NCBI GenBank assembly: GCA_021613535.1
Contig: CP075493.1
Span: forward strand, 8,184,001-8,248,000
Origin: Adineta vaga
Lineage: Eukaryota; Animalia; Rotifera
DNA length: 64,000 bases
Direction of reading: 5' to 3'
The notes beneath the pieces are model-generated. The model had not been told where the DNA came from, made no database searches, and saw nothing but the letters and a program-made list of their open reading frames with translations. The position numbers and the translations under genes were made by a program. Positions 53,101-64,000 of this stretch are shown piece by piece. The number at the start of each line of letters is the position of its first letter. The stretch's first letter is position 1.

Positions 53101-54490
53101 ACAGAAATTCTAATTGTTGGTTCGTTATTTCATTGGAATCAAACATAATTGAATCTTTCATTTTTATTTTAGCGGTTACTGTTTATAGAGATCCACCCAA
53201 AGCAGAACTTATTGAAACTGGCGGACGTTTGTTACTTACATGTAAGATTGCCTTTTTTTTCTCCGTAAATCAATAGTTTATGAATTTTTATTAGGCAAAA
53301 AATCAATTCCAGGTATTGTTGCTCCACTTGGTTTCGATGGTTTACTTGTATTTCTATGTACACTTTATGCTGTATGTCTTCTCTTTTTTTCTTGCTTTCG
53401 TTCGTTCTAGAAATGTTCTCTTCTTTTTAGATAAAAACAAGGAATTTACCTGAAAACTTTAATGGTAAATTAAATACAATTAAAATACACTAAACTTTCG
53501 ATCTTTTCTTTCATCTAGAAGCGAAATTTATTGGCTTTTCTATGTATACAACATGTGTTATATGGTTAGCATTTGCTGCTGTTTATGTTGCTATTGATGT
53601 CAAAGTTTTCTCTCTATGTATTGCAACTAATGCAAGTGCATATGTTGTATTAATATTCTTATTTTTTCCCAAACTTTATTTGATTATTTTTAAACCTGAA
53701 AAAAATCAGCGAAGGTAAATATTTCATGAAAGTCATTTTTTCTTTATCAATTTCTTTTAGTGCATTTGCAACAAATACGGATATTCGTTGTCATTTCGGT
53801 TCATCATCATCAAAAGGGAATATTTCCGCTTATCGTTATAGTGAAGGTGCATCTTTATTTCGTCGTTCTGTTATTAATCGGATTCGTTTCGGAAATACTC
53901 TACATGTAGATAATGATTTTTCTAATTCGATTGCTTCATCATCTCTACGTGTCAATGATCTACTTGCTAATGATCGGCGAGCATCGAGCATTCTAGCAGC
54001 TTATGCACATCCATGGACATATAATCGACGATTATCAAGTTCTCCACAACCAGAAGCATCTAATCAAAACATATTGGATGATCTATCCAATATGATAGAA
54101 AATCCAAATCTAACGAAACAATCAACAGATTCGCTGCCACGAGTAGACGATGAAGATCAACCAAATTTTACATCAACACATTCCTCGGAATGTATTCTTG
54201 CAACAAATCTGTCGACTAAGGATGATTTAATAACTGAAAATACGGAAAAAAATGCTTCGATATTATCGATGAAAATTTTCGATCTTGAAAATGAATCATC
54301 AAGTCTTTGGACAGATGAAGATCTCGGATTGAATTCAACGACAACAACAAATTCGAAAACAACTTGTACATGTCAATTAGTATGGCAATTAGAAAAAGAA
54401 ACAGATAGTATTGATAAATTTAAACTTTTTTTCAAACGTGATCATCTTAATGTTGATTGGGATTATGTACAAGGTGCAAGTGAAGTTTAA
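50192..54490 (+). CDS. Metabotropic glutamate receptor, group I (mGluR1/5)-like class C GPCR
   Basis: Multi-exon gene. Venus flytrap domain (YGIHRVE, IRDSCW, IGPGDSS, QIGYSSTA, GDYG, GSDAW), 9-Cys domain, and 7TM with KTNRIARILARSKKKIITKRLKFMS and [29 protein letters not shown]. The tail starts SAFATNTDIRCHFG and ends SEV. Start codon uncertain. Confidence 0.9.
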
Positions 54491-54975
54491 TAAGACAAAC
54501 ATCAAATAACTGATCTTTTTATCCCTTTTTCTTTTGTCTAATCAGCAAAAATTTGTACTGTATTAATTATAACGTATTCTATATGAAATACAGTTATTTA
54601 GTCTGAAAGAGTTAATTTTTAATCTACACATATAATCGTATTTCAAGACAGTAAGTAACATTCTAATTAATATCTATCAGTTCAAAATCAGAATATAGAT
54701 TTAACATGAAAAGAGTTTCGATGCCTATCTTTTTTATGCATTTTTTTTTGACTATCTGAAAATTTAGATAGCTGTATTGATTAGTAAAATAAGTACATAT
54801 TTTTATAAAATATTTTGCTCGAGTTATGTCTGAGATAGTTAAAAATACTTTTTCTTCGGACAGTACATAATCCATATATTTATATAATGTTATTTTCAAC
54901 CCAACTATCCCGTACATTTTAACGAATTTTCTTCATCATATATTCATTTTCATAAGCAAAAACAAAACGTTTACA

Positions 54976-56057
54976 TCACAGACAAGCACATTGTTTAACA
55001 ATAATATCTTTAATCGGATAGATTTGTATAGTTCCATCAGTTTGTCGAAGAAGAAAATTATCATCATCATATTGTGATGGTACACAAGTTGATTGTGGAA
55101 CGTGACTATTTTTTTTACTAATCATTGCTTGTAGAAATGCATGTAATGATCTTCGTTGATAAATTAAATCTGAACAAGATCCATCACAATATGTAAATGT
55201 ATACTCTTTTGGTCGAATAATTAAATGAGCTAAACCAAGTTGTTCAAATTGTATTTGAATTGTTTTCAATTTACATTTTGTTTCTTCTTGAAAAGATAAA
55301 TGATTCGAACGAAATGATGATAAAATTAAATAAGAATGTGATGTAGAACACGTTTGATTCGAAATGATTGCTTGAATAATTAAATTCGATTGATTAACTT
55401 GTCGGAGATAATCATAGATATTAACAAAGTAGAAATCTCGCATAGAATCATAGTATAAAGTTGTTTCAATAGAAAAATATTCATGAAAATTTGCCGAATG
55501 TTTTATTACTATTCGTACTGGTAAAGAAGATTTTTGCATTTTATTTGTAGTTATATGATAGACGAGTTCAATTGAAGATAAACTATTGATAGAAGAAGAC
55601 CAGTGAAATATTGATTGAATTTGATTAGATTTGATATGAGAACAATTCGTTGAATTTAATGTAGATATCGGAGTTGTTAGAGATGATGGTTGCGTAATTG
55701 TATATCTACGTCGACGTGTTTTAACTAAAAGATGAAAATAATAAGCGAAGATATTCGAATGCAAATGGAAGAATTTCAATACAAACTTTCTTCTAAATTA
55801 GTTATTAATTGATGATTTTCAATCATCGATTGAATTAATGACGAATGAGAAGTATTTAATAAATCAATGAAATATTGTCTTAGAACAAAATTTCGATAGG
55901 ATTCATTGGATATTAACTGAAATTGATGTGAATTGGATGATGAAAATGTCAAAATTGAAGTCGAATGAGATAAAGTAAACATAATGATAAGTAAGAAGAA
56001 TTTCCAAGATTTAAAAAATTCGAATAGAAAATTCGTAGATAAACTTTCGGAAAACAT
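54976..56057 (-). CDS. Divergent TGF-beta/BMP superfamily ligand
   Basis: Two exons (56057-55787, 55724-54976). Signal-like N-terminus and RRRR site. C-terminal cystine knot: CKLKTIQIQFEQLG..LIIRPKEY..TYCDGSC...HA...TCVP...IKDIIVKQCAC. Confidence 0.88.
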
Positions 56058-57353
56058 TAATTTATTGTTATCATTAATGATAAATAACTTCTAGGATAAT
56101 ATGAATATCGTCGAACTTTTTTCAATATAATTAAATATATATTCATTACGAAAACTAACAAACAAGATCGAATGATAACCGTTCGAACCAAACGAATATA
56201 TAACTACAAGAATAAACGTAATGAGGTAATATAAACAAAAATTGAAGTGTGAAATATTTGTTATTCTTTTTTCTCAGGGGAAAAAAAGTAAACGTTAATA
56301 TCGAATGAAGCTCCTACGCGAACAACGCCTAATATAGTCAAGTCTTATCGCGTATAAGTACGAATCTGTTTGATTCTTTTATGTGCAGTTATTTTGAAGA
56401 CATAGAAAAGAATGTACTGTGCCTTTTGTTATTATTCATTACTCGGTACTTGTACAACTAACATTCTAGTAAATTCGAAAAAGAAAAACTATTGCTTGTC
56501 TTATGTAATACAAAAATTTTTATCTATGACGAAATAATATGTTGTACTTGATGTTTCTTTTTTCATGTTCATTACAGTTGAGAACTTTATGAAAAGAGAA
56601 ACTATTTGAATTTAATAATACATAACTAAAAGTTATGTTTTTTTTTTAGAAATATACATAGTTTCAAGTGCAATGATGATACGTTTTCTTTTCTAGATTA
56701 AATGTAAAACTATGTTTTAAGATTAGTCTATTTATTCGCTTCGAACAAAACACAAAACAGCTGTTTTTTTCTTCTGTTTTGGATCGATTTGATGTTGATA
56801 AATGATAAGTTATCAGTACGTTTATGTTTGAGTGCAAAAAAACGAACAACGATGGACTTTGACAGAAAGTATTTACAACAAAAATAATTTGAAGAGAAAA
56901 ATTGAAACGTGAAAATATCTACACTCAGTTACCGAAAAAGTATTTGGAATTACTCTGGTATTTCAATTTTTGAGAGTGTTTTTATATTCAACAAAATTCG
57001 TCAAGTTGTTTCTTTTTTTGTAAATTTCAAGTTGAACTCGAGTTCATCAACGATATTCTTTTTTTCCAATATATAAGAGATGCATCATCATTTAGGATGA
57101 GTGTTTTATCGAAAAAAATGTGTGAATACATTGTGTGTGATGGTTTAAGAACAGACAAAGAATCTGAAAAATGTTTTTGATGATGATTCAATTGTTAGGA
57201 ATGAAAATTTGCATTAGGTATGATAGGTACATATTTATTATTAAAATACTAAATAGAAAAGAATGATATTATTGTTATTTTTCATGTAGTTATCATAGCT
57301 TATTTATATACTACTATAGCACTGTTAATATCAATTTTAGTCTGAGAGACTGG

Positions 57354-58774
57354 TCATAAATGAGGAAAGCGATCAGATGGTAGACAAAATAGACACTTTG
57401 TTTCTGTAGAACACATTATTGAAGAAATCGTATGATATTCTAACAGATTCGTCATGCTTGCTATTACATGTTGTTCAGCTTTGTCTGAAGATGTTCTATC
57501 AAGAATAGCTTCTAGAAAACTTATTAAAATAAAAATGAATGATTATATCGATTTATAACATACCTAGATGTTGATTTGTATGAATCTGATTCATTGCGAC
57601 ACTGGGAACAATGATAGTCCTTTTCTCTTGCTTGATATAATCTATTTGTTTCTGAGAAATCACACATGCAAGCAATAAATCAGAATCACTGACGAAATCA
57701 GCATCTTCAATAGAGAAGAACCAATTGCACGTGATAAAGAAAAATATTATAAAAATCTTATCTTACGTTTCAACCTTAGTTGATCTTCATAACAACGTTT
57801 AATTATTGATAGTTTGAAATTTTGACACAATAAATATTGAGAAAATGGTAGATCAAGTCGATCATTCACTAGTTTGAATAAAGTTTCCTCATCTGGTATG
57901 ATCATTTGTTTCCTGTCTATACTACTATTTATAGTTTGGATTCGCCAATCAAAATCATCTGATTCAGTCGTATCTAAAGTGTAAAATGTTTCGCTATATG
58001 CTTTTCAATCAAGTAATATACCATACCATGTTGAGCGTTTTTTGATTCTTGTACTTTCTTATATAGTTCGGTATCGCACAACTGTTTCGCATATGCACAA
58101 TTCGGAAACCATCGAGCATGTTCAATCATTGGATTCTCAGTGGGAAGTACATCTTCCAAAGATCCATTACAATAGAAACACGTCACAATGGTCTTCGTGC
58201 CTGTATAGAAAAAACCTGCTTGGACCAAATCATCCATAGACGGTTGATTTTCATTTGGCCACGTTACGAACGATGCATCTCGATCTGTAATATTAGCGTA
58301 AGCAGGATGACATGGATATGTACAGACCATTTCGTTACATCGAAATGGATCGTTGTTCATCACACCATCCATATTGTCTCTCGTAGCTTGATCATTCATT
58401 ATACGAATCGATGCTGCTTGTCGACGTTTCTCCTTAGCAATCACATACGGACATTTGGGTGATAGTGTCTTATGAACTTCACATGGATCATCTGTGTAAG
58501 GTATCCATTGTTGACAGATAAGGTTGCAATATATACATATGACTCGATCACCAACATTACAGTTGAAGAAACCTGCATCGATCATTTGTGCACTGGATGG
58601 AGATGCATGTTGAGGCCAATGTGAAAATGTGCGTTTACGTACGTTTTGTAGTATGTTTACTTCAGTGAGTGGATTTGCTTTGTCGATGACGTCTGCTTCC
58701 TGTCTTTTAACTGGGATCTGTTTATTATTTGTTTCTAAAATTTTTATTGATGATAAGAAATGAGAATGATGCAT
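57354..58774 (-). CDS. Inhibitor of apoptosis (IAP) paralog: two BIR domains, UBA-like region, truncated RING
   Basis: Four exons with the same intron layout as the plus-strand IAP. Both BIRs have intact C2HC ligands. The last exon ends KCLFCLPSDRFPHL* (TGA at 57354-57356). Confidence 0.85.
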
Positions 58775-58889
58775 TTGTATTGCTGTCGATCGAATTTTAT
58801 GATTTGTGCGAAAATGTGTGTGAATATAAAACTGACCAGCAATTTCTGAGGCCTACTAAAGATATTTATATAACGAAATTATTCTTGTA

Positions 58890-61333
58890 TAATTTCCCAT
58901 TAGTGGGAAAAACCCTTCAGCTCAGGTGTTTTACCGCTGATTTTGCGTAAAAAATAACTATAGACATTTTTCTTTTTTCGTTACAATTTCGTTGAGAAAA
59001 ATACCAAGTTGGGATATATCACACGGAAGATATTTATGATTTGTTCCTGTGACAGAAGATAATAGTAAAAAAAGAATATATATTACGACGAGCTGTATAC
59101 TTGCTATTGGTCCATCGATCCCCATGGGGAAAAACCGAGTAGTCCCATATGAAAGCTACTTATAAAAACGAAACATCATTCTTTGCCACTTCTATGTTGA
59201 TCTTTTTGTATATAAGAATTGTGATCATCGATTTTAATATATACAGATTCATTTCATTACTTTTGGAAAATACAGGTAGATCGATGTTTCGACAAAAAAA
59301 CTTAATATATGTTAAATAGTTTTATACTGTCATCAGATTACTTTTCGCAGTTACGGGTTGAAACTTTAAAAAGTACTTCTGACAGTTAGTCTAGAGAATC
59401 TTTATACTTTGACTCTTATTTGAGAGTCTTTTGACGATTTCTTCAACCCAAACTTCTGGATATAGGTTTGTATTTTGAGTACGACGGTTCTATAGTCAAA
59501 ATGCATCTTTTTTAGCTTTAAAATGCTACATTTTTACCAGCGTATTTTCTTGAGTCATATGGACTAACTTTGTAATATTTCTACTCATTCTTTCGGAATC
59601 TTCTCTTTTCTTTCGATTTTATAATAAGTATTTGATTAGTATTCAAACTTACTCATGATTTATAATGCACGGAAGTATTTCTTTTTCTCCGCGAAAAACG
59701 TGTCACTTCCGTGGAAAATCCAACTTGACGTTGATTTTATTATTTCAATGATTCAAAGTTTATTTTTTGAAGTGTCATGGAATGTGATAGCATTTTCTCT
59801 CAGACTACATTCGCAAATAATTGATCCCACGTTACATAATTATATTTATTATCATTCTTTATCAGTTATTCATCGCATGTGACAAAGCACTTTTTTTAAA
59901 GCTGTAAATCATGCTTTAAAACCGTGATTTAACATGACATTCATTGAATGACGAACGTTACAAAACAATGGAGAAGATTATTCTTTCCAACATATTCGCA
60001 ATAGATTGTTATTCATTTAAGGTTAAATAAAATTAGTTATTCGGAAGTAAATCTCAAAAATGCTGATTTTGTAATTCGTATGACTTTATAGGGAAAGCAG
60101 TTTTTTTTCTCAAGATTTTTCTATACCCTATAAAATCATAAACGACAGTTCCGAACAGATATGAGTAATCATATTAATATACTTGGTTTTTTCCCATGAG
60201 AAATTAATTGATTCAAGGTTGTGTACTTTGAGATTATTATCACTAAATGGCCTTTTGATTGTACATGTACTTTAACGAAAAAGCCAGCTGTTACTCATAC
60301 ACATACCGAAATGATAAGATCTCGCTACTCGTATTTTGTACGAAAATGCATGAAGAACTTACAACTTACACGTTATTTCTCATTTCTGAGTGCTAATTAA
60401 TAATTTCTCCAAAGGTTATGGGTAACTTGATTGGTATGAAAATAAATGACTAATTGTCTTTTTTCTTCCACATATGAATCAGAAATTAAACATTAGTAAC
60501 TCTGTCATTTAGTGCATACCGAGCGATATTACTAGAAACAGCAATATAACATCATACAAATTTTGAAATATTCACGATAGCATTTATCGATACGATATAT
60601 ACAGTAATAATTTGATAAGCGACAACGACATTTTTTTTCTTTCATATTCTATGACGACGGTTGTATAAGTAACACGATGTATCTCGATGTTTCTAATCTA
60701 CAATAATCACTTGCGTCAATTGAAATGACGATTTTTGAAAAGTCTATTACATCATTTTTCATGAATAAAAATGACGTTTTTTAATTTTTAATGAAACAAT
60801 AATAATGACTCAGCAAAAATAAATAAATTGATTTCAACAATTTGCAGTATTTGATGCAATGCACTATGCTGTTTGTTGTCTGTTGAACTTTAACAAAACA
60901 TTTAGCAATTAAGTATTTTTGTAATGAATCTCTTGATAGTCTTTCGTAAATTATAGCAATAATTTTTGTAATAAATGAATAATAAATAAAACATAGTTCG
61001 CTACTGTAAACAGGTTTACACGGAAAAAAATATTTCGTGATATGTTGGAAATTCATTCGCTGATTCACTTCCCCGTGATAAAATGGGAAAAAAACTAACC
61101 TGCTCATACTATAAATATCGAACACTTTGATGAAAATACAGCATAAACTATAGTGTTCAAAGAGGTCGTTAATGTCAATCTACCCGACCTCATATATTTT
61201 TGCACTGAGTATTTGTTCGTTTTTGATTGGTTGTTATTTATTCTATATGTAACAAACAATCTTTTTTTTGCTCGATTCTGTTGGAAATTTCCAAGTATAT
61301 ATATAGAATATATATACATGGAAATTTCCAACA
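58890..61333. promoter_or_regulatory. Bidirectional intergenic region with multiple Rel/NF-kappaB-like motifs
   Basis: GGGAAAAACCC 58905-58915, GGGGAAAAAACC 59126-59137, GGAAAATCC 59713-59721, GGTTTTTTCCC 60185-60195, and GGAAATTTCC twice within 61281-61331. Confidence 0.45.
61279..61333. repeat. Near-perfect inverted repeat (26-bp arms, 3-nt loop, one mismatch)
   Basis: tgttggaaatttccaagtatatatat-aga-atatatatacatggaaatttccaaca. Confidence 0.9.
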
Positions 61334-61695
61334 TAATTTTACTATTTTTTTTCGAAGTGAGATATTGATGTTCGATAAGCTATAAGCAGATGTTATTCTA
61401 ATTCTAAAGTTGTCAGTCCATCAGTATATTGTCAGATATTTATTAAAACTGATTTTTCTGTGCAAAGCAGCAGTAAGTATAGCGTAACTTTAGCAATTAA
61501 TCAGAAGAGATAATTCTTAAGAGTAATGTAGGTAGCGCTAGTATTGTGCAAAATTTATTTCTTAGTCGTTTTCATTTTGAAACATATGTTCTACTTTTTT
61601 CTCTAAATTGAATTTTTAAAATAGTTATTTAAAAACATTAAACTTCATTTAGACATTTTATATTTTATTTAGACTTATCAGATATTTAACTTAAA

Positions 61696-63767
61696 ATGTC
61701 AGTAATAATTCCTACATCACCAATAATACTTAGTGATCGACCTCACAAATATGAGACAATGAATCGTATATCAAAGTGGTCAAATAGAAAGAAAGAAGAT
61801 CTATTAACGTCTGCAATTAATGAAAGTCGACTGCAATTATTGAAAAAATCAGTAGAAAAACAAGGCGTTCATAGTGTATGTTTGATGAATACTTGCGGAT
61901 TTAAATATACGGGTGATGGAGACAAAGCGATTTGTGAACACTGCGAACTTGAAGTATCGAATTGGACATTAGCTATGGACCCTTTAAAAATCCACACTGA
62001 CAGAAGTCCTAATTGTTCATTTATACAATCTTTGAAATCATCTTTACCGAAAATAATTCATTCTTCATCGTCTTCATCATCCTTATCTTCAAGCATTCGA
62101 AATCTATCGAAATCAAATGAACCAGAAAATCCATCTAAACGAATAAAAATTGAAACAAATGAATTAACATCATCAACTTATACTTTATATGAAACTCCTT
62201 TACTTCAACAAGTACGAAGAAGAACTTTTTCTCACTGGCCACATCGTACTATTCCATCAACAGCACAAATGATCGAAGCCGGTTTTTTCAACTGCAATGT
62301 TGGTGATCGAGTCATATGTATCTATTGCAACCTTATCTGTCAGCAATGGACGCCTCATACAGATGATCCATGTGAAGTACATAAAACACTTTCTCCTAGA
62401 TGTATATATGTTATAGCAAAATTAATACGTCCAGCTGCTTCATCAATAATTATTGTTAATGAAGGTGCAACAAGTGTAGTATCTAATCTTAATTCATCAT
62501 CAACTAATCTTGATCCATTAAGATCCAATGAAATTGTTTTTACTGCTGCATGTAATCCTGCCTATACCGAAATACCCAAACGTCATGCATCATTTGAGAA
62601 GTGGCCAGAAGAGAATTTGCCAGCGGTCGATGATTTAGTTCGAGCAGGATTTTTTTATACAGGGACGAAAAGTATTGTAACTTGTTTTTATTGTAATGGT
62701 TCCCTACAAAATTGGGGTCCAAATGATAATCCGATGATTGAACATGCACGATGGTTTCCACACTGCGCATATGCTAAACAACTGTGTGGTGATGATTTAT
62801 ATCGAAAAATTCAAGAATCTAAACGAGCACAACAAGGTATAGTTACTAAATACAAAAGTTTTGAGATAATCATTGATCTCTTTTCTTTTTCTTCGTTTTA
62901 GAACGTGCACGAGCGAATGAATCGAAGGAGAAAGCGACCACTGGTGCAACAACAAATACTACTAGTGGTGCAACAACAAGTAACACTCGACAGTTACTCA
63001 TACCTGATGAAAGTACTCTGTCCAGGCTTGTTGCAGCACGACTTGATTTGCCCATTTCACAAAGATTATTAGATCAAAATTTCAAATTATCAATCATAAA
63101 ACGATGTTGGGAAGATCAACTAAGATTAAAACGTGAGTTTTAACTTATCGATAAAGTAAATACATTAATAATGTATTTTCGTTTTGTTTTTCAGAAGATG
63201 ATTTTACATCAGAATGTGATTTATATATGGCTTGTTCAATTCTTCAAAAGCAAATTGAACATATCGATGGTAAAAAAGAAAATATAGTCATACCAAGTAT
63301 CAAAATGAAACAAATCAGAGAACAAAATGGTAAACTAACTTTTAATTTTAATATTCATTTTTGATTTTCTTTCTTTCTTTTTAGAAGCACGTGTTCGTGA
63401 TCAATCATCTAATCCAACACAAATTATATCCAATTCAACAGATGCCGAAATGACAACATCATCTCAATCATTAACAAATGAATCCCTATCTTCACAATCT
63501 TCTGTAGAATCATCATCCAAACCGACAACACCGGGTATTCAAGGTGAAGTGAAATCAATTAAAGCCTTGACTTCATCAAGTAATGACCAAGATCAATCAT
63601 CGAATGCTACACCATCCAATCCATGTGTTCTTTGTTTGACTGAAGAAAAACGACTAGCCTGCATACCTTGTGGTCACTTGGCAACTTGTGTGCCTTGTGG
63701 TCATTCCTTAAGATCATGTCCAATGTGCAGGCGAGAAATAGAAGCATTTGTACGCATATATATTTAA
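61696..63767 (+). CDS. Inhibitor of apoptosis protein: three BIR domains, UBA-like region, C-terminal RING (cIAP/XIAP/DIAP2-like)
   Basis: Exons about 61696-62836, 62902-63131, 63196-63328 and 63386-63767. BIR motifs CEHC..H..C, CIYC..H..C and CFYC..H..C. RING reads CVLC...CIPCGHLATCVPC....CPMCRREIEAFVRIYI. Confidence 0.95.
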
Positions 63768-64000
63768 ATCTATCAAGGTATGTTATCATTTTATTGTCAC
63801 CTCACACTCTTTCACAAATCATATACTTCAAGAAATGACTAGTCATATCATGCTTTTAAATGTTCATTTTTTGTTAAATCTGTTTTCTGAAATTTGTTTC
63901 ATTTCTTTTTTTTGTTATATATTTCAGCATTATTCGAAACGAATGCACTGATATCATTTCTCAAATAAAACTTGTTGAACTACTGGAATGATCATTTAAT

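Noticed and set aside
57300-57356. Selenocysteine or readthrough at the TGA that sits at a RING Cys position in the minus-strand IAP
   Set aside because: The RING also has an internal deletion and has lost the partner Cys (xPVS), so readthrough would not restore it. I recognised no SECIS. A Cys-to-stop mutation is simpler.
519-63951. The many 60-115 aa ORFs in the track rich in F/I/L/K or overlapping real genes (for example 574-876, 25518-25757, 39527-39772, 58118-58462)
   Set aside because: They are antisense or alternate-frame shadows of real exons, or chance ORFs in AT-rich non-coding DNA, with no motifs or splice support.
1-64000. CRISPR arrays, rRNA/tRNA genes, intact transposons
   Set aside because: I saw no regularly spaced direct repeats, recognisable structural RNA motifs, or transposase/reverse transcriptase ORFs. 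Small ncRNAs cannot be excluded without a covariance-model search.

Overview
This is AT-rich, gene-dense eukaryotic (animal) genomic DNA, and most genes are split by very short GT-AG introns of about 50-60 bp. The intron size, composition and gene content (ADP-ribosyltransferase-TPR family, an intron-containing bacterial-type PnuC gene, IAP style) suggest a bdelloid rotifer; this is an inference, not a proven assignment. I can support about 21 loci. In order: a Pro-rich protein (partial), a secreted double Cys-knot precursor, a C2H2 zinc-finger protein, an AA15-type LPMO, ACBD3/GCP60, a C3orf38/DUF4518 homolog, a small 4-TM protein, an Eph receptor, two intronless orphans, an ART-TPR pseudogene, an LRR protein, SRF, PDZ-GEF (RAPGEF2/6) carrying a nested antisense PnuC gene, NPC2, two tandem secreted CTLD-like/PAN proteins, a group I-like mGluR, a divergent TGF-beta ligand, and a head-to-head pair of IAP genes. 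The best leads are: (1) the intron-nested, intron-bearing PnuC gene, a horizontal transfer candidate; (2) the IAP pair, with a decayed RING in one copy and a shared region rich in kappaB-like motifs; (3) the CTLD-like proteins whose ligand loop is replaced by an amphipathic insert; (4) an operon-like ACBD3/C3orf38 junction; (5) a TGF-beta ligand lacking the interchain Cys. I saw no rRNA, tRNA, CRISPR array or intact transposon. Exon boundaries were read by eye, and family calls come from motif recognition, not database searches.
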